From Octopus vulgaris (lineage: Eukaryota), in NCBI GenBank assembly GCA_951406725.2, contig OX597817.1, forward strand, positions 96,100,001-96,164,000: DNA of 64,000 nt, read 5' to 3'. Positions 1-17,009 of this stretch are shown here, in pieces (position 1 is the first letter of the stretch; every line of letters begins with the position of its first letter). The translations under genes and the position numbers were made by a program. The notes beneath the pieces were generated by a model, which did not search any database, was not told the DNA's origin, and worked only from the letters and a program-made list of their open reading frames with translations.

Positions 1-265
1 GTTATGGGGATGTAAATAAACGAACACCAGTTGTGAAGCGGTGATGAGGGAGAAACACAAAGACACACACATAGACTTACATATATACATACATATACAT
101 ACAATTGATTTCTTTCAGTTTCTGTCTACAAAATCCACTGACAAGGCTTTGGTTGGTCTGAGGGTATAGCAGAAGACACATGCCAAGTTACCTCACAGTG
201 GGAATGAACTGAGGACCATGTGTTTTGGAACCAAGTTTTTAACCATACAGCCACACCTGCACCTA
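1..265 (-). mobile_element. Bipartite tRNA-headed SINE with internal microsatellite (partial)
   Basis: Reverse complement matches 11765-12230 (gctgtatggttaaaaacttggttcc...ttcagttcccactgtgag...tcttctgctata...caaagccttg). Confidence 0.7.
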
Positions 266-438
266 TGTACGTGTGTGTATGGGTGTATATATGTATGCAT
301 GTATATATGTGCATATATATATGTGTACATATTACATGTACATCTATATATATATATATACATCTAGACATACATGTATATCTATAGAAATACATCTATA
401 CATATACATGTGTACATATACAGCTATACATATACATG

Positions 439-471
<33 letters not shown>

Positions 472-473
472 GA

Positions 474-505
<32 letters not shown>

Positions 506-559
506 CCATATATATACATGTATATATATATACACACATCCATATACATACAACAGATG

Positions 560-797
560 TTTTTGTTTCACTTTTAACACGTAATACTGAAATAGTGGAG
601 AAAATGTGATATTGCTGTGGGCTCGCACTGGGCAAGAAGATAAACATTTTTTGCCCATGACATTACATGGACCCTAAGTAAGGCATGTGTAAAATTTGAA
701 TGAATTTGGTTGTGTAGTTCTCAAGTTTTAGGGATTCATACAGACAGACAGACAGACAGACATACAGACACACATTCTCAGTTTTATATATATTGAT
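560..797 (-). mobile_element. Helitron-like 5' end fragment
   Basis: Ends in acagacacacattctcagttttatatatattgat, the same terminal pattern as the Helitron ends at 45371 and 46626. Confidence 0.45.
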
Positions 798-811
798 ATA
801 TACATATACAC

Positions 812-1625
812 AAAGTATGGGGGTTAGTTCACAAGTGATCTAAACGATTAGGTACACTAGGTAAGTACTGTAACGGATTACTGGGGTTGCAAAGTTATAG
901 CCGAGACGGTAGTTGTGGAGCCATTGTAGATTTTCGATGCAGCGGATACATAATTGTTAAAGAGGACAACAAGCATTAAGGCAAGGCAAACACCTCAAGT
1001 CGTATACAATATTATTATTATAAAAAATTCAGTCTTACGGCTGTTTCTAGGATATCCCTGAATATGGAATATTCTGTCATCAGAGACAAATGGGGAAAGA
1101 ATAGGGAGGAAGTAAAATAATATGGAGATGCAAAGAAAGAGGAAAAAAGAAGCATAAAAGTTCATAGTTCAACTTTACGAAGTTATAGAAACAAGTGCAT
1201 GAGTACTTAGGTGCAATCCTGCGTAGATTCATGTGTGCTAAACTCCTGATGAAGTAGACATCCTGAGAAAAAAGACACGATCAACGTTCACTAACAGAAT
1301 GGATCTGCGCAGGATTGCACCTAAGGACTCATGCTCTTGTTTCTATAACTTCGGAAAGTTTTATGATTCTTTTTCATGAACTTTTATGATTCTTCTTCCT
1401 TCTTTCCATGTACTTATTCTTTTACTCCCATCCTCTATGTCGTTATCTCATTAATATATGCGATTCTCATTTTGCCTATTTTTCCCTGTTTGTCTCTGGT
1501 AACGGAATATCCCATACTCAGGGATATCCCACAAAGAGCTGTAAGACTGAATTTTTCCCAGTAGTAATACTGTATATGACCTCAGATGTTTCCTTTGCTT
1601 TAATCTTTGTCCTCTTTAACAATTA
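812..1625 (-). mobile_element. Non-autonomous Penelope-like fold-back element, family HH-A
   Basis: Arms 951-~1235 and ~1300-1625 are imperfect inverted copies; unique ~140-nt tail at 812-950. Same family at 12850-13370 and 32419-32892. Confidence 0.75.
1032..1087 (-). ncRNA. Type I hammerhead ribozyme motif
   Basis: Minus strand reads gtct CTGATGA cagaatattcc-atattca-gggatatccta GAAA c-agcc-g TA agac: stem I gtct/agac, intact core, stem II, minimal stem III, GUA cleavage triplet. Confidence 0.75.
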
Positions 1626-1639
1626 GGTATTTATATATA

Positions 1640-2096
1640 TTAATAATTATATACATAATTATAACAAGGGAGTGGCTATAAGTCTCTCCAGGCGCTAGAA
1701 AAATAGACGCCTAAAGACGCTATTACCACCTTAAAGAATCCGAAAAATAAAACATGGGCTGTAGTCGGACAAAAGAAAGATAATGAATTAAACTTTTGGT
1801 TAACTGTGTACAAGATCCTGTTTCAAATTTAAGGTAAAAAATTATACCTACTACTCTTATCAGCAACGATATTCCATAGCATTTATTTAGGAGTACCTAC
1901 ACATACGTATACGAGCAGAGATTTTGTAGAGCAATATATGTACACACCCTCATAGAAATATACACTAAAAGATCCGCTTATAGCCAATCCCTTGCTATAA
2001 TTATATATATAATTATTAAAATATTTGTAAAATTTACCTATAAGTACTTTTATTTCTGCGATGACCCCTTGGTAAAATCATTAATAATGTTTCTTG

Positions 2097-2100
<4 letters not shown>
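1640..2100. mobile_element. Fold-back element with tail in (TA)n
   Basis: 1640-1683 is inverted at 1977-2019; tail runs to ~2100; flanked by TA repeats. Confidence 0.6.
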
Positions 2101-2160
<60 letters not shown>

Positions 2161-2166
<6 letters not shown>

Positions 2167-2380
2167 CAACAATTGAGGGTAAAATTAATTAATTATTAAT
2201 CAATTTCACCAAGTATTCAGTATGCAAAGGGACCATTTAAGGCGAATTCAAATTATTACATTATATAAAAGGGCTTAGTAAAATAAATTACTTTGCCACA
2301 TACTGAACTCATTAGAAATAGTAGCCAAAAAAACTTTCTTAAAACTATTTCTAATACTTAAAGAAAATCTCTCTCATATA
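2161..2380 (-). mobile_element. Truncated relative of the 41063-41440 element
   Basis: Shares the ttggctactatttcta motif and a similar tail end (aattttaccctcaattgttgaaatta vs aatttctaccctcattattttaattta). Confidence 0.5.
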
Positions 2381-2444
2381 GTGTTTGCTCAATTCAACTC
2401 ACGAAAGTATGGGGGTAAAGACATTAAAAAATCAAATGCAAAGG

Positions 2445-2488
<44 letters not shown>

Positions 2489-3071
2489 GTATATGTATAT
2501 ATATATGTATATGTATATATATATGTATATGGACATATGTATTTACACACACACGCGCGAACGCACGCACACACATTCACACACGCGCGCGCGCATATAT
2601 ATATATTTATATATATACACTGAAGTAAAAGATGAATGTTGGACCGGTGTTATATGTTTGTATATTAATTTTATAAAGGTTTTTATCAACTTTATGAACA
2701 ACGTACTATCATTTATCACCTCATTCATATGATACTTTTTTTCATTATAATTTACTATTTTTATTTACCCATTATTTCCCGAATTATTTTTATATATTAT
2801 TTCTTACCCGCTAAAACAACCTGTAATCCCCTAACTCAGGCATATACCACTATTAGCCATAAATAATATTTTTCTGTCTGCTGAGATGATTCTATATAAT
2901 ACAACACACAAAAAAACTGATAGTAAATCTTTATTAAATGTTATATCTCCATTTTCTTATTTTTCATTTAAATGATGAAAAACCATTGTTTAAATTTAAA
3001 CTATTATTTTGGGTATTGAACCAGTAATTCATTGGATGATACCATCGCTTAACGAGGTTAATTTAACCTGC

Positions 3072-3126
<55 letters not shown>

Positions 3127-3173
3127 TATACGTATACATATATATACATTGTTCGTTTGTTTGTTTATTTCAG

Positions 3174-3204
3174 ATGATTAGTATGCAGGCTCAGTGTTTG
3201 ATTG
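3174..3204 (+). CDS. Candidate small upstream exon of the VWA gene (MISMQAQCLI)
   Basis: ttgtttatttcag acceptor and gtaata donor; the phase-1 end joins the 4302 exon in frame. Confidence 0.4.
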
Positions 3205-3626
3205 GTAATATGATTTTTTAAATTCAATTGTGAGGTTATTATATTGGCGCGGAAGATAAGTTCTGCATAAAATGACACTCGTGGTTTTAATCCCACAATG
3301 GTAGCCATTTCGTTTCTTTTATGCCGTTAGGCAAGGCGTAAATACTTGCACGTTCAACGCAGTTACAGATAGATATGTCAGTTGAACTGACAGGTCTGAA
3401 CTGAAGAGTATAAAAACAAAAAAAAAACACGATAAGAATATTCTCTGCACATACTATTTCTTTTCTATTTAGCTTTTGATTAGTGTTTCTTAACAGGTTT
3501 TTTTTTGTATTGATTCCTACCCCTTTCTTGTTCATCACCCCTTTTTAACCTCACTTTAGGATAAGGGTAAATAAATATTGTTTATAACACAATTTATTGC
3601 ATAGCGTTAACAGCCTTTATACAAGG

Positions 3627-3839
3627 CTGTCATGTCTTGCTTTATATTCTACAGGTGCTAAGACTCTACATCCTGAGATTAGGTGGTCTATAGTTTCAAT
3701 CTCATCGTTACAGAATCGGCATTTTGGGTCAGCTCCATTTTTCATCACATTGGCTTGGTAGTTCCGAGTTAATAAGCATTGGTCTTGAGCAGCTAATTTG
3801 AAACCTTCACTCTCTGCTTTTAGCCCTGAGCTTCGAAAC
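3627..3839 (-). mobile_element. 213-bp internal fragment of R4/Dong LINE
   Basis: Appears identical to 5142-5354. Confidence 0.9.
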
Positions 3840-4301
3840 ATTATCGTAAACATTAGCGTAAACATTATCAAAATCAATATTATGAAAAAATTATCTTATA
3901 TAAAATATGCATATGGATAAAAAAATGTTTAACCTAAAAACAATTTCCACTGGAATCCCTTTATTTGTCCCTGAGATCCTGAAATATCACCTGTCGGAAA
4001 ATTCCCCTCATATTAAGTATTTCGGTTTTCAACGATATATAATATATATTAAAAGATCTTACACCTTCCATGCAATTACAAACTTGAGGTATAATTTTTA
4101 TTGTAGAAAACTACATTTGATAGGACTGCTTTACCTGTATGAAGCTAATGAAGTACCTGTACATTTGCACATGTAAAAGAGGTAGCTTAATGAGTAATCA
4201 ATCTCAATCTGAATGTCATTAGTATATTACCTATTTTAAAAATGCTAGTATAATTTTAAATTTATCTACAGTGATAACTAAATATAATAATGTTTTTCCA
4301 G

Positions 4302-4447
4302 ATATCCCTGATTTTAAATGCTTTGAAGAGAAAGCAGATATTGTATTCGTACTCGACGGTTCAGGAAGCATTTGGCCACCTGATTTCAGGAAACAATTAG
4401 AGTTTGTTAATTATTTCATAGATCATATTGATATTGGAGAAAATGAG
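4302..4447 (+). CDS. VWA gene exon: start of VWA domain 1
   Basis: tttttccag acceptor and gtaact donor; CFEEKADIVFVLDGSGSIWPPDF contains the DxSxS MIDAS motif. Confidence 0.9.
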
Positions 4448-4481
4448 GTAACTATTATTATTCTTATTGTTGTTGTTGTTG

Positions 4482-4546
<65 letters not shown>

Positions 4547-6987
4547 TCCTTCCTTCTTTAAATTTTCTCCCGTTTCTCGCCGTGTTTTCCGTACACCAAG
4601 GGCAAAGAAGCTCATTGTATGCATTCCCAGATTACGCACGCAAATTCACAGATAAATAAATTCATGGATGGATGTTGTTATCACAGCGATAATGCTCTTC
4701 TCAGTAAATGAGCCGTTCCAGTTAATACGATTTTTTGCACTTCCTGTAGGGATGGTAAGCCTGGTATCATTTTCAAATAAATTTCAGTACCTTTTTTTAA
4801 CATTCCTAGAGATCCTACTGGTACTGTAGTCGCCTTCAGATGCCACATTTTTTCAATTTCTATTAGCTAGTCTTTATACTTACTGATCTTGTCAAATTCT
4901 TTCGCCGCTATATTGTGATCGCAAGGAATACTCATTTCAATTAATAAACACATCTTTTTTTTTTTGTCTGATCTTTTATAATAATATTCGGTTTATTAGC
5001 TTTTATAGTTCTACAGGGAAGTCCCATAGAATCGACACATTTTCTCCCTCAGTCACAGCTTCAGGATGGTGTTTATACCATTTGTCAGCCGTTTTGATTT
5101 TATAATGCCGACATATTGTCCAATGTAAATACTGGCCGACTCTGTCATGTCTTGCTTTATATTCTACAGGTGCTAAGACTCTACATCCTGAGATTAGGTG
5201 GTCTATAGTTTCAATCTCATCGTTACAGAATCGGCATTTTGGGTCAGCTCCATTTTTCATCACATTGGCTTGGTAGTTCCGAGTTAATAAGCATTGGTCT
5301 TGAGCAGCTAATTTGAAACCTTCACTCTCTGCTTTTAGCCCTGAGCTTCGAAACCATTGGTGCGTGTGTTTCTGGTCGACATCAGCTTGTTTGCTACGGG
5401 GCCACATACTTGCCATGCAGAGGTTTCTTTTCCCATCTGCTAGCTAATTTTTCATGCGCTTTTGTCTTTGCAATCAATTTTATTTTCTTTGCAGCAGCAG
5501 TTGGCGCATTTCCTTCAGCCTGATCAATCTGGTAGGTATCTAAGAGATCAGTAGCGAATTTTTTACTCTCTTTCAGAATAAGATGAAGTTTTTTCGGTCT
5601 TTCATGTTTTTCAACAAGTTTTAACATCTAATCGTTGGTTGCTTCAAGGTATTTGGCCAGTCCGATTGTAGTGGTTTTGTACGTAGGTTCAAGCTGGATC
5701 AAACCTCGTCTTCCTTGAGCTCTGGGAAGGTAAAGACGATCCACGTCTGCCTTTTAATGGTGTAAGTCAGTAGCTTGCGGATTTTTCTGTCAATTTTCAT
5801 TATTTCACTGGTATTCCAGTTAAGCACATTGAAGCTATAAAGAACAACCGTGACTGCTAAAGAATTTATGGCTAACACCTTATTATATGCATTCAGCTCA
5901 GACTTCAGCACTGCTCGAACTCTTCTATAACATTCCTTCCTAACCTTCGCTTTCATGCTTGCATGCTGGATACCAGAGCCTTCATTTATTCCTAGGTATT
6001 TATAGGTTTGTTCCTGCTCAAGTTCCTTTATTACTGTTTCGACATCTAATTCGATTGAACTTGATTTTCCTTTTCTTAAAAGTGGCTTTGGCACACTTTT
6101 CAAGGCCAAACTCCATCCTGATATCATCACTGAATCCTTTCACAGTATGTAGTAGTCCTTCAAGCTCTTCGTCAAATTTGCCATATAGTTTTAAATCATC
6201 CATATAAAATAGATGGCTTATTTTCCTGTTGTCAATTTTGTAGCCATATCCTGTTCTATTCAGTTCACTTGAGAGTGGTATTAGTGCCATGCAGAAAATT
6301 ACTGGTGAAAGTGAGTCACCTTGGAAAATGCCACAATTTATGCTAATATTGTTTGAGCGCAATACTCCATTAGAATGATATAATTGGAGCTTCGTATTCC
6401 ATAGTGACATATTATACTTTAAAAAATCTGAAATCACAGGAGAAATTTTGAAAATGTCCAGCGATTTCAGAATCCACGAATGTGGTATGCAGTCAAAGAC
6501 TTTTTTATAATCAATCCATGAAGAGCTGAGATTTCTGCGCTTGTTATGGCAGTTCTCAAGGATCATGCGATTAATTAGGAGCTGATCTTTGCATCCGTAT
6601 GAGCCTCGTCTGCATCATTTTTGTTCAGTGGGAAAGAGGTTATTCTCTTCCATAAACGTTTATGTTTTCTCTACTAGAATAGATATCAAAATCTTATAGG
6701 TAGTAGATAAACATGTTATAGGCCGGTAGTTCTTGGGTCTTTCGTTTCGTTATTTTGGGGAAGGAGGTAAGTAATACCACTTGCCATCCAATGGGGAGTT
6801 TTTTCAGGGTCTTTCATAATACTATTAAATAGTATTATTAATATTTTGTGTGCGGACAAGAGTGATGAGAGCCAGAAATTTGGTACTCTATCAATACCAG
6901 GGGACACTTATTAGCCTTTGTTAATGCCCTCCTTAGGTCGGCGATTGAGATGTCTTCCCATACCTGTTCTTGTAGATTTTTGTAGGC
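4547..6987 (-). mobile_element. R4/Dong-clade RLE non-LTR retrotransposon, family A, 5'-truncated and disrupted
   Basis: RT motifs GIFQGDSLSP and YMDDLKLY; CCHC CRFCNDEIETIDHLISGC; (ATT)n on both sides. Confidence 0.92.
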
Positions 6988-8943
<1,956 letters not shown>

Positions 8944-8957
8944 TCATTATTATTATT

Positions 8958-9420
8958 GAGTGAGAGAGCAGCGCTTGCCATCAAAATGACACTGGGGCAC
9001 AAATATACGAACCCCAGTATACCCATCATAAGTACCCCTCTGATAAGGATACACCAGGCACATGTATCACAACCATATATGCGGAACATGGCGATCTCAT
9101 ATCAAGATAAATAGCGCATGACCTTGCAGGTGGGACTCAGGATTTTCTTCAGGTCGAGTAGCCCATCCCGCTCAAAAGGTCCCTGGGTTGTTTAGGGATG
9201 TTGAACGAAACACCCATGTTTTCAAAGGTGGATTATTCAAACCCCATGGCTATGATGCTCCCCGCTACTCCTACTCATGATCAGAGATTCACATATCGTC
9301 AGCCACTAAGGGACATGCTCAACTGTTTAAGGTGAAACAACTGACAAACAAATATGTGGTATTGCTGTAGTCCATCTTTTATACCAAGACAAATCAATGT
9401 ACATGATAACACTTCCAATG
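8958..9420. mobile_element. Non-coding (TAA)n-associated element, truncated copy
   Basis: Homologous to 26917-27397 and starts at the same attgagtgagagagcag junction. Confidence 0.75.
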
Positions 9421-9889
9421 ATTAGTAGAAGAAATGATTAGCGGCATCACTTCCGTTTTTACGGTCTGAGTTCCACCGTAGTTGACCTTGACTTTCATCA
9501 TTTCGGGCGGGGTGGGGGAATAAATTAAGTACCAGTCAAGCACTGGGGTCGATTTAATCGACAAGCCCCCTCCCCCCAAAGTTCCAAGTCTTGTGTTGGC
9601 AGCAGAAAGGATTATTATCGTTCTTAGAATTATTAGAACTAGCATTATTAAGGCAACGAGTTGGCTGAATCGCTAGCATACTGGACGAAATGCTTAGTAG
9701 CATTTCTTCCGTTTTTACGTCCTGATGAAATGTCGACTTTATCTTTCATCCATTCGAGGGTCGATGAAATAAGTACCAGCCAAGCACTAAGACAGATGTA
9801 GTCGACTTAATTTCACTAAAATTTCTGGCCTTGTGCCAAAGTTTGAAGTTATTATTATTGTTGTTGTTGCTATTGTTTTATTTTAATTT

Positions 9890-11390
9890 CTATCGGTGTG
9901 ACACCCCTTCAAAATTGTTTGTAGGTTTTGCTTGTGTTAACTGTTTAAAAAGTCTACCTCCTAAAGCCTTCGTTCTGTGTTGTTGCCTAACTAATCACAA
10001 TCCTGAGAAACTGACCAGTTCCGTTTTATTTTCGTTCTTCATGATGGAATTTATATTTTAAAAAATCAAAACATGGCCTCGAAATTCTCGACAGAATACT
10101 TGAGGGAAGAAAACAGTGTTTAAAAGCATTCTTAACGACTTTTCCCCATCTTAATGGTGGTTGAAGCCAGGGCACCACCTGCAATGCCAATGCGAAAGGT
10201 GGAAACAATAACAACAACAACAACAACAACAACAAAAGAATGGACGATGATATCCTTCCTGTCGTTGCCTCTTCCACATACACCACTACTGATAAAAATG
10301 ACAAAAGTAACATCAACAACAAACACAACTATTGAAATCAACAGTAACAACAGAAATATCATCACCAGTCTCAGAAAAATTCAGCTCTCGTACTACCAAA
10401 GACGTCACTACTACCATACTCATTTACATCATCAGTGTGCCAAGCCTTAGTATGCGCAAAACTGGGTCTTTTACAAATGCTTCAAAGGTATCAAAAGAAA
10501 GTGGGAAACTTTGTAACAAAAGTAGAGTGAAGTATGACTCTCAAGATAACAGAATAGATGAACCCAAAACCAAATTCTTTCTGAATCAAACAACTCCCAT
10601 CATTCATGTCAGGCACTGCGGTACAATCGACGTCAGATTCTCCCCGGAGATGAGACCAGAAACCACTTCATAGTCTTTCTCAAAAACGAATCCAGATATC
10701 TTTGTATCTTGGTGGACGCATAGCAAAAGTGAAGTTTGTAGGTGTGCTGCCAGAAATAAAATCTGCTGGTTGTGAACGGCATATTGGCCGACATTGAAAA
10801 GAGACCCAAATATTAGACATGCACAAGCCACCAAAAGAGAACTGAGTGGGAAAGGAATGGAACTCTTGATCCAAACAGATCAGGAGGGAATCTAAGTTAT
10901 CTTCAGGTCTAGTATTACTATATTTTACAAAGACGGCGGATTGTGTGTGTCTAGCACATAGAAGAAGCCTTCCAAAACCTGATCAAATGTTTCTAGCTGT
11001 CTTAGGGACACTGGCAACATTTCACGGATGTGCCAGTCTGAACAAAGATCAACCACAGCTGGTCATGCAAATCGTATCTATATCGAATAAAGATAGTGAG
11101 GAACGTATACAGATTTTAAAATCCACAAAAATAGTATCTGTACGGTAGACTTACATAGGAATCACAGAAAGGTTATTAGATGTCGAGCGCATCTGTGCCG
11201 GTGAGCAAAGACTACCTACATCGGATTAGCGTATTACTTAAGCGGCATTTGATGATGAAAATCATCAATAACTGGTGATGAGGAAACCCGAAGAGAAAAA
11301 TTTGACCAGAATCGATAACATTTAGCAAGGAGCTAACAATAGAGAGAAATGGACTGGAAGAGTTAGAAAATAGAGATGAAATTTTATCTC
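9890..11390 (+). pseudogene. Decayed ORF1/gag-like retroelement remnant
   Basis: Frame-broken YLGGRIAKVKFVGVLPEIK plus a degenerate zinc-knuckle-like stretch near 10985-11035; similar to 31143-31487. Confidence 0.45.
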
Positions 11391-11605
11391 AATTTATTTC
11401 ACATTCGTAAATTCTTTTTTATTTACGTTATTTTATTTTATTTCTACGTTATTTTATATATTCATTTTATTTTTATTTTATCTTCATTATATTTTCCCTC
11501 ATATATACATTAATTTATATACCTAAAAAAGTAACTTAGAAAGGAACATATACACCAATACACATGCATATTGATGATGAAATTATTAACATTCATACAT
11601 GTTAC

Positions 11606-11636
<31 letters not shown>

Positions 11637-11639
11637 CAT

Positions 11640-11670
<31 letters not shown>

Positions 11671-11764
11671 CGTAAGCACATATATGAGCATAAACTTTAT
11701 TTCACTTTTACTTTCTTTTATTCATTATGTTACTTTACTCTTATATACTTATTTATTATTATTA

Positions 11765-12235
<471 letters not shown>

Positions 12236-12577
12236 GAGTATTAATATTATTATTATTGAATCAGAAATAAAAGTAATAATTTTAACGCATACATGCACAC
12301 ACACATACATACACACATAGTAAACATGACTATATACTCTGAGTATTTCAAACGGATTATAATGTTATCCTTGTATTGTTCTATGTACACCCTGATGATT
12401 TTCCTTACAATGTATTTATAATGCAAAATTATATATTTATACATGTTTTGCAACTTTAATTTTGTTTGTGAAATGAAACGGTTGTAGGTAATTATGTTAA
12501 TTAATCAATAAATTAGTTTGTATCCACTAGATTTCTCTGTTTTCTAACTCAATAATATTTCTCTCTGTTTCTCCCTC

Positions 12578-12640
<63 letters not shown>

Positions 12641-12759
12641 TTCTCTCTCTAGACCATTGCCTGGTTTAAAAAGCCACATCAGACGCCATGATGAATCTAA
12701 GGTGTAGGTACAGGAGGTGGTCATACTCTGCATAAAGAGTAGACAACCACCATGTGTGT

Positions 12760-12797
<38 letters not shown>

Positions 12798-12849
12798 ACT
12801 GTCAAAATATTGCCTGGATTAATCTGGGAATTTATCTAAAAATCTTTAC

Positions 12850-13370
12850 CTTCATGGAAGTATCGACTAACATCCATATCCTCTGGAAAAAGATGAGTTG
12901 TGAACATTATTCTCCTGTCAATATTCTTTTAACTACTTTTACTCTTTATTCTTTTATTTAACTACTTCATTCTTCTGTTTTATTCCTTATAAACTGTGAA
13001 TGTTATTCCTTGTAAACTGTAAATCTTCCCCGTCGAAAATATTCATACCTTGTCTCTGATGTCGGAATACCTAGTGCACGGATACGCTAACCGACCTCTT
13101 GGAGCATCCCAGACACAGCTGTATGACTTCAAATTCTCCTTACCCTAATTAAATTATTCTAAATGACTTGAGATACTTATTCTGCCTAGATTTTGATTTT
13201 CATGTAATATCATATATACATGGTATAACGGAACTCTAGACACGAATCCCTAGATCCAGCCTTAACTGTGATCTTGGAACCTAATGGTCGACCAACTATA
13301 GCACTTACCTAGCATACCTATTCATTTATATCACTAGTGAGCTAAAGTCCTCATATTCTTTATATATATA
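12850..13370 (+). mobile_element. Diverged HH-A family copy with degenerate hammerhead (13052-13127)
   Basis: gtctctgatgtcggaatacc...cccagacacagctgtatgac, and a tail similar to 32753-32892. Confidence 0.6.
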
Positions 13371-13729
13371 TAGTTGAAATTTATGAAAAAAACAAAAGAC
13401 AAAGGTGTATCAACAAGCAAGTGTATTAGTTTGACGCTCGGGGAAATGAAAAAGTATTTCACGTTTCAAACCTATGCTCTTCAACAGAAAGGAAAAAGAG
13501 AGAATATGTGTGTGTGTGTGTGTGTGTGTATGTGTGTGTGTGTATGCGTGTGTGTGTGTGTGTATGTGCATGCGAGCGTGCAATTATATAATATGCAAGC
13601 AGATTGACCATCTAAATAATGCTTCAGTATTCAGTAGTTCAGTGTCAATTTGGTCCGTTGTGTAAAATGCTTTACCTCTATTCGTTTACCTAAAATATAT
13701 ATGTGATATTTGTTACTGATTTATTTTAG

Positions 13730-14168
13730 GTGAGAATTGGTGTTGTAAATTTCAGTAAAAATGCAGAACCTAGTATCTATCTATCGGAGTTTAACGACAA
13801 ACTTAAATTGAAAGAGAGAGTATTAGATGTTTCCCAAGAACATGAAAATACTAGAACCGCTTCGGCTTTGAATTTACTAACCAGTACAATGTTTACAACT
13901 GAAATGGGTGCCAGAAAAAATGTCAGACACATTGCATTCATTCTAACTGATGGGAGTTCACAAGAGCCGAAGAAAACTCAATTAGCTGCCAAAAAATGCC
14001 GAGATGCAAATATAGAATTGTTTGCTATTGGAATTGGAAACGAAACCAACAAAGAAGAATTGAAAGGAATTGCCAGTCAACCCAAAACAAGCCATTACAT
14101 TCATGTATCTAATTTTAGCGCTTTAATCAATGAAAAAGGAAACATATTCAAAATTTCGTGCACGAAAA
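13730..14168 (+). CDS. VWA gene exon: remainder of VWA domain 1
   Basis: ttttag acceptor (phase 0) and gtaagt donor; VRIGVVNFS...FILTDGSS...LFAIGIG...LKGIASQP. Confidence 0.93.
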
Positions 14169-14242
14169 GTAAGTATTAAAAGTTACTGTTTATGTAATAA
14201 ATACATGCAAATAGGTGAAATAGTTTTCCCATCACATAAATG

Positions 14243-14306
<64 letters not shown>

Positions 14307-14317
14307 TAATAATGATA

Positions 14318-15703
<1,386 letters not shown>

Positions 15704-16892
15704 GCCTAGAACTGAAAGTCCTACAGAACAAACAAACCAGTTTATTTTCGTCGACACCCAAGCTTTCCCCGAAAGCGACATCGCTTTTGCTCACCACTAG
15801 TTCCCTACCGAACGCCAGTTAGAAATTTCTGCTGAACACATTGCCTAATTGGTATAGGGCTGTGGGCGATTGATACTATTTCAAATGCCATTGGTCTTTA
15901 CTTAGTTCTAAACTGCGGCTTCGTCAAAGAGACAAACTGGGGAAACGTATCAGGTATTGCCGGAGATGTCATAACCTGAGCACCTGTCTACAAATCATTA
16001 GCCACAGCACACTCAGGCCCGCATGCGCGGGTGTTGGTTGCAAATGAACAACTTCACTAGTGGAACGCGTCTTTTCAACAAAAAAGTGAAAGAGCGGAGG
16101 CTCCAGTCTCATCATATGCGAACTGGTGTAATGTTTGACGGTCTAGTGGCAATAAGTGACGAAGGAAATATGTGTTCACCACCTTTGCCTGACCCTTCAA
16201 GGATAGCTTCCTCTCGACTCCGGGTGATACTGGCTACTCTGCTTACCACCACGTCTCAGTTGTGCTAAACCTACAGACCTGGACCAAGCCAGACACTCGC
16301 AACTTAAGCGGTTTATCTGTGGGTCCATCAACCCTCATGCTACTAAATGGCATAGGCTTGCCTCTCCCGGCATTGAACTCACCGCACACTTTGCTTTCTA
16401 TCGATGACTTGAGTCATCTAAGACGATGTCAATGCTGCTACAGTCATTTGAAAAAATCTAGAAATAACTCTTTATTTTCAATGTCAGTGATCCTGAAAAG
16501 GGTATTGGGCATCATCCTTCTTCTAAGACAACAAATAAAAAATATGGAGTTTTCCTCTTCATAAATTTCGGTTTGGATCGTATTACATTTGGTATTTACC
16601 ATTTCAAAGCTGTTTTATTGCATAATTTCACAAATACGGTTTTAAGTTTTCAAATTAGCAGTTTATATTCGGTTCAACAATAATCACCACGTTTATTTTC
16701 ATTATTTTACTAACGATAAAACCGATAAGGCTGTCGTAATTTCTGCTGATGCTTTTGTTGTTGAATAATAGAGGATAATAGAGAATTATACATATTTAAA
16801 TGGCAGGTGTCAAAAATATGGATCATTTTTACATGTATGGAGAATATGAGTTAGTTTTATAAATCTTAACGGTACTATTTTTTCTATTTCAG

Positions 16893-16934
16893 ATTATAGA
16901 AGTCAGGTCAATACTGAGGTCAATACTGAGGAAG
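16893..16934 (+). CDS. Candidate 42-nt linker exon of the VWA gene
   Basis: ttttttctatttcag acceptor and gtacag donor; phase 1-1 and open (NYRSQVNTEVNTEE). Confidence 0.6.
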
Positions 16935-17009
16935 GTACAGTTCATGGAATATTTGCTTCTCTGCTTTTCTTTTGAGTCCTTCAATTTTATAATGTTATTT
17001 CTTTAACAG

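Noticed and set aside
126-658. Numerous [12 protein letters not shown], poly-I and poly-N ORFs throughout the window
   Set aside because: These are translations of microsatellites.
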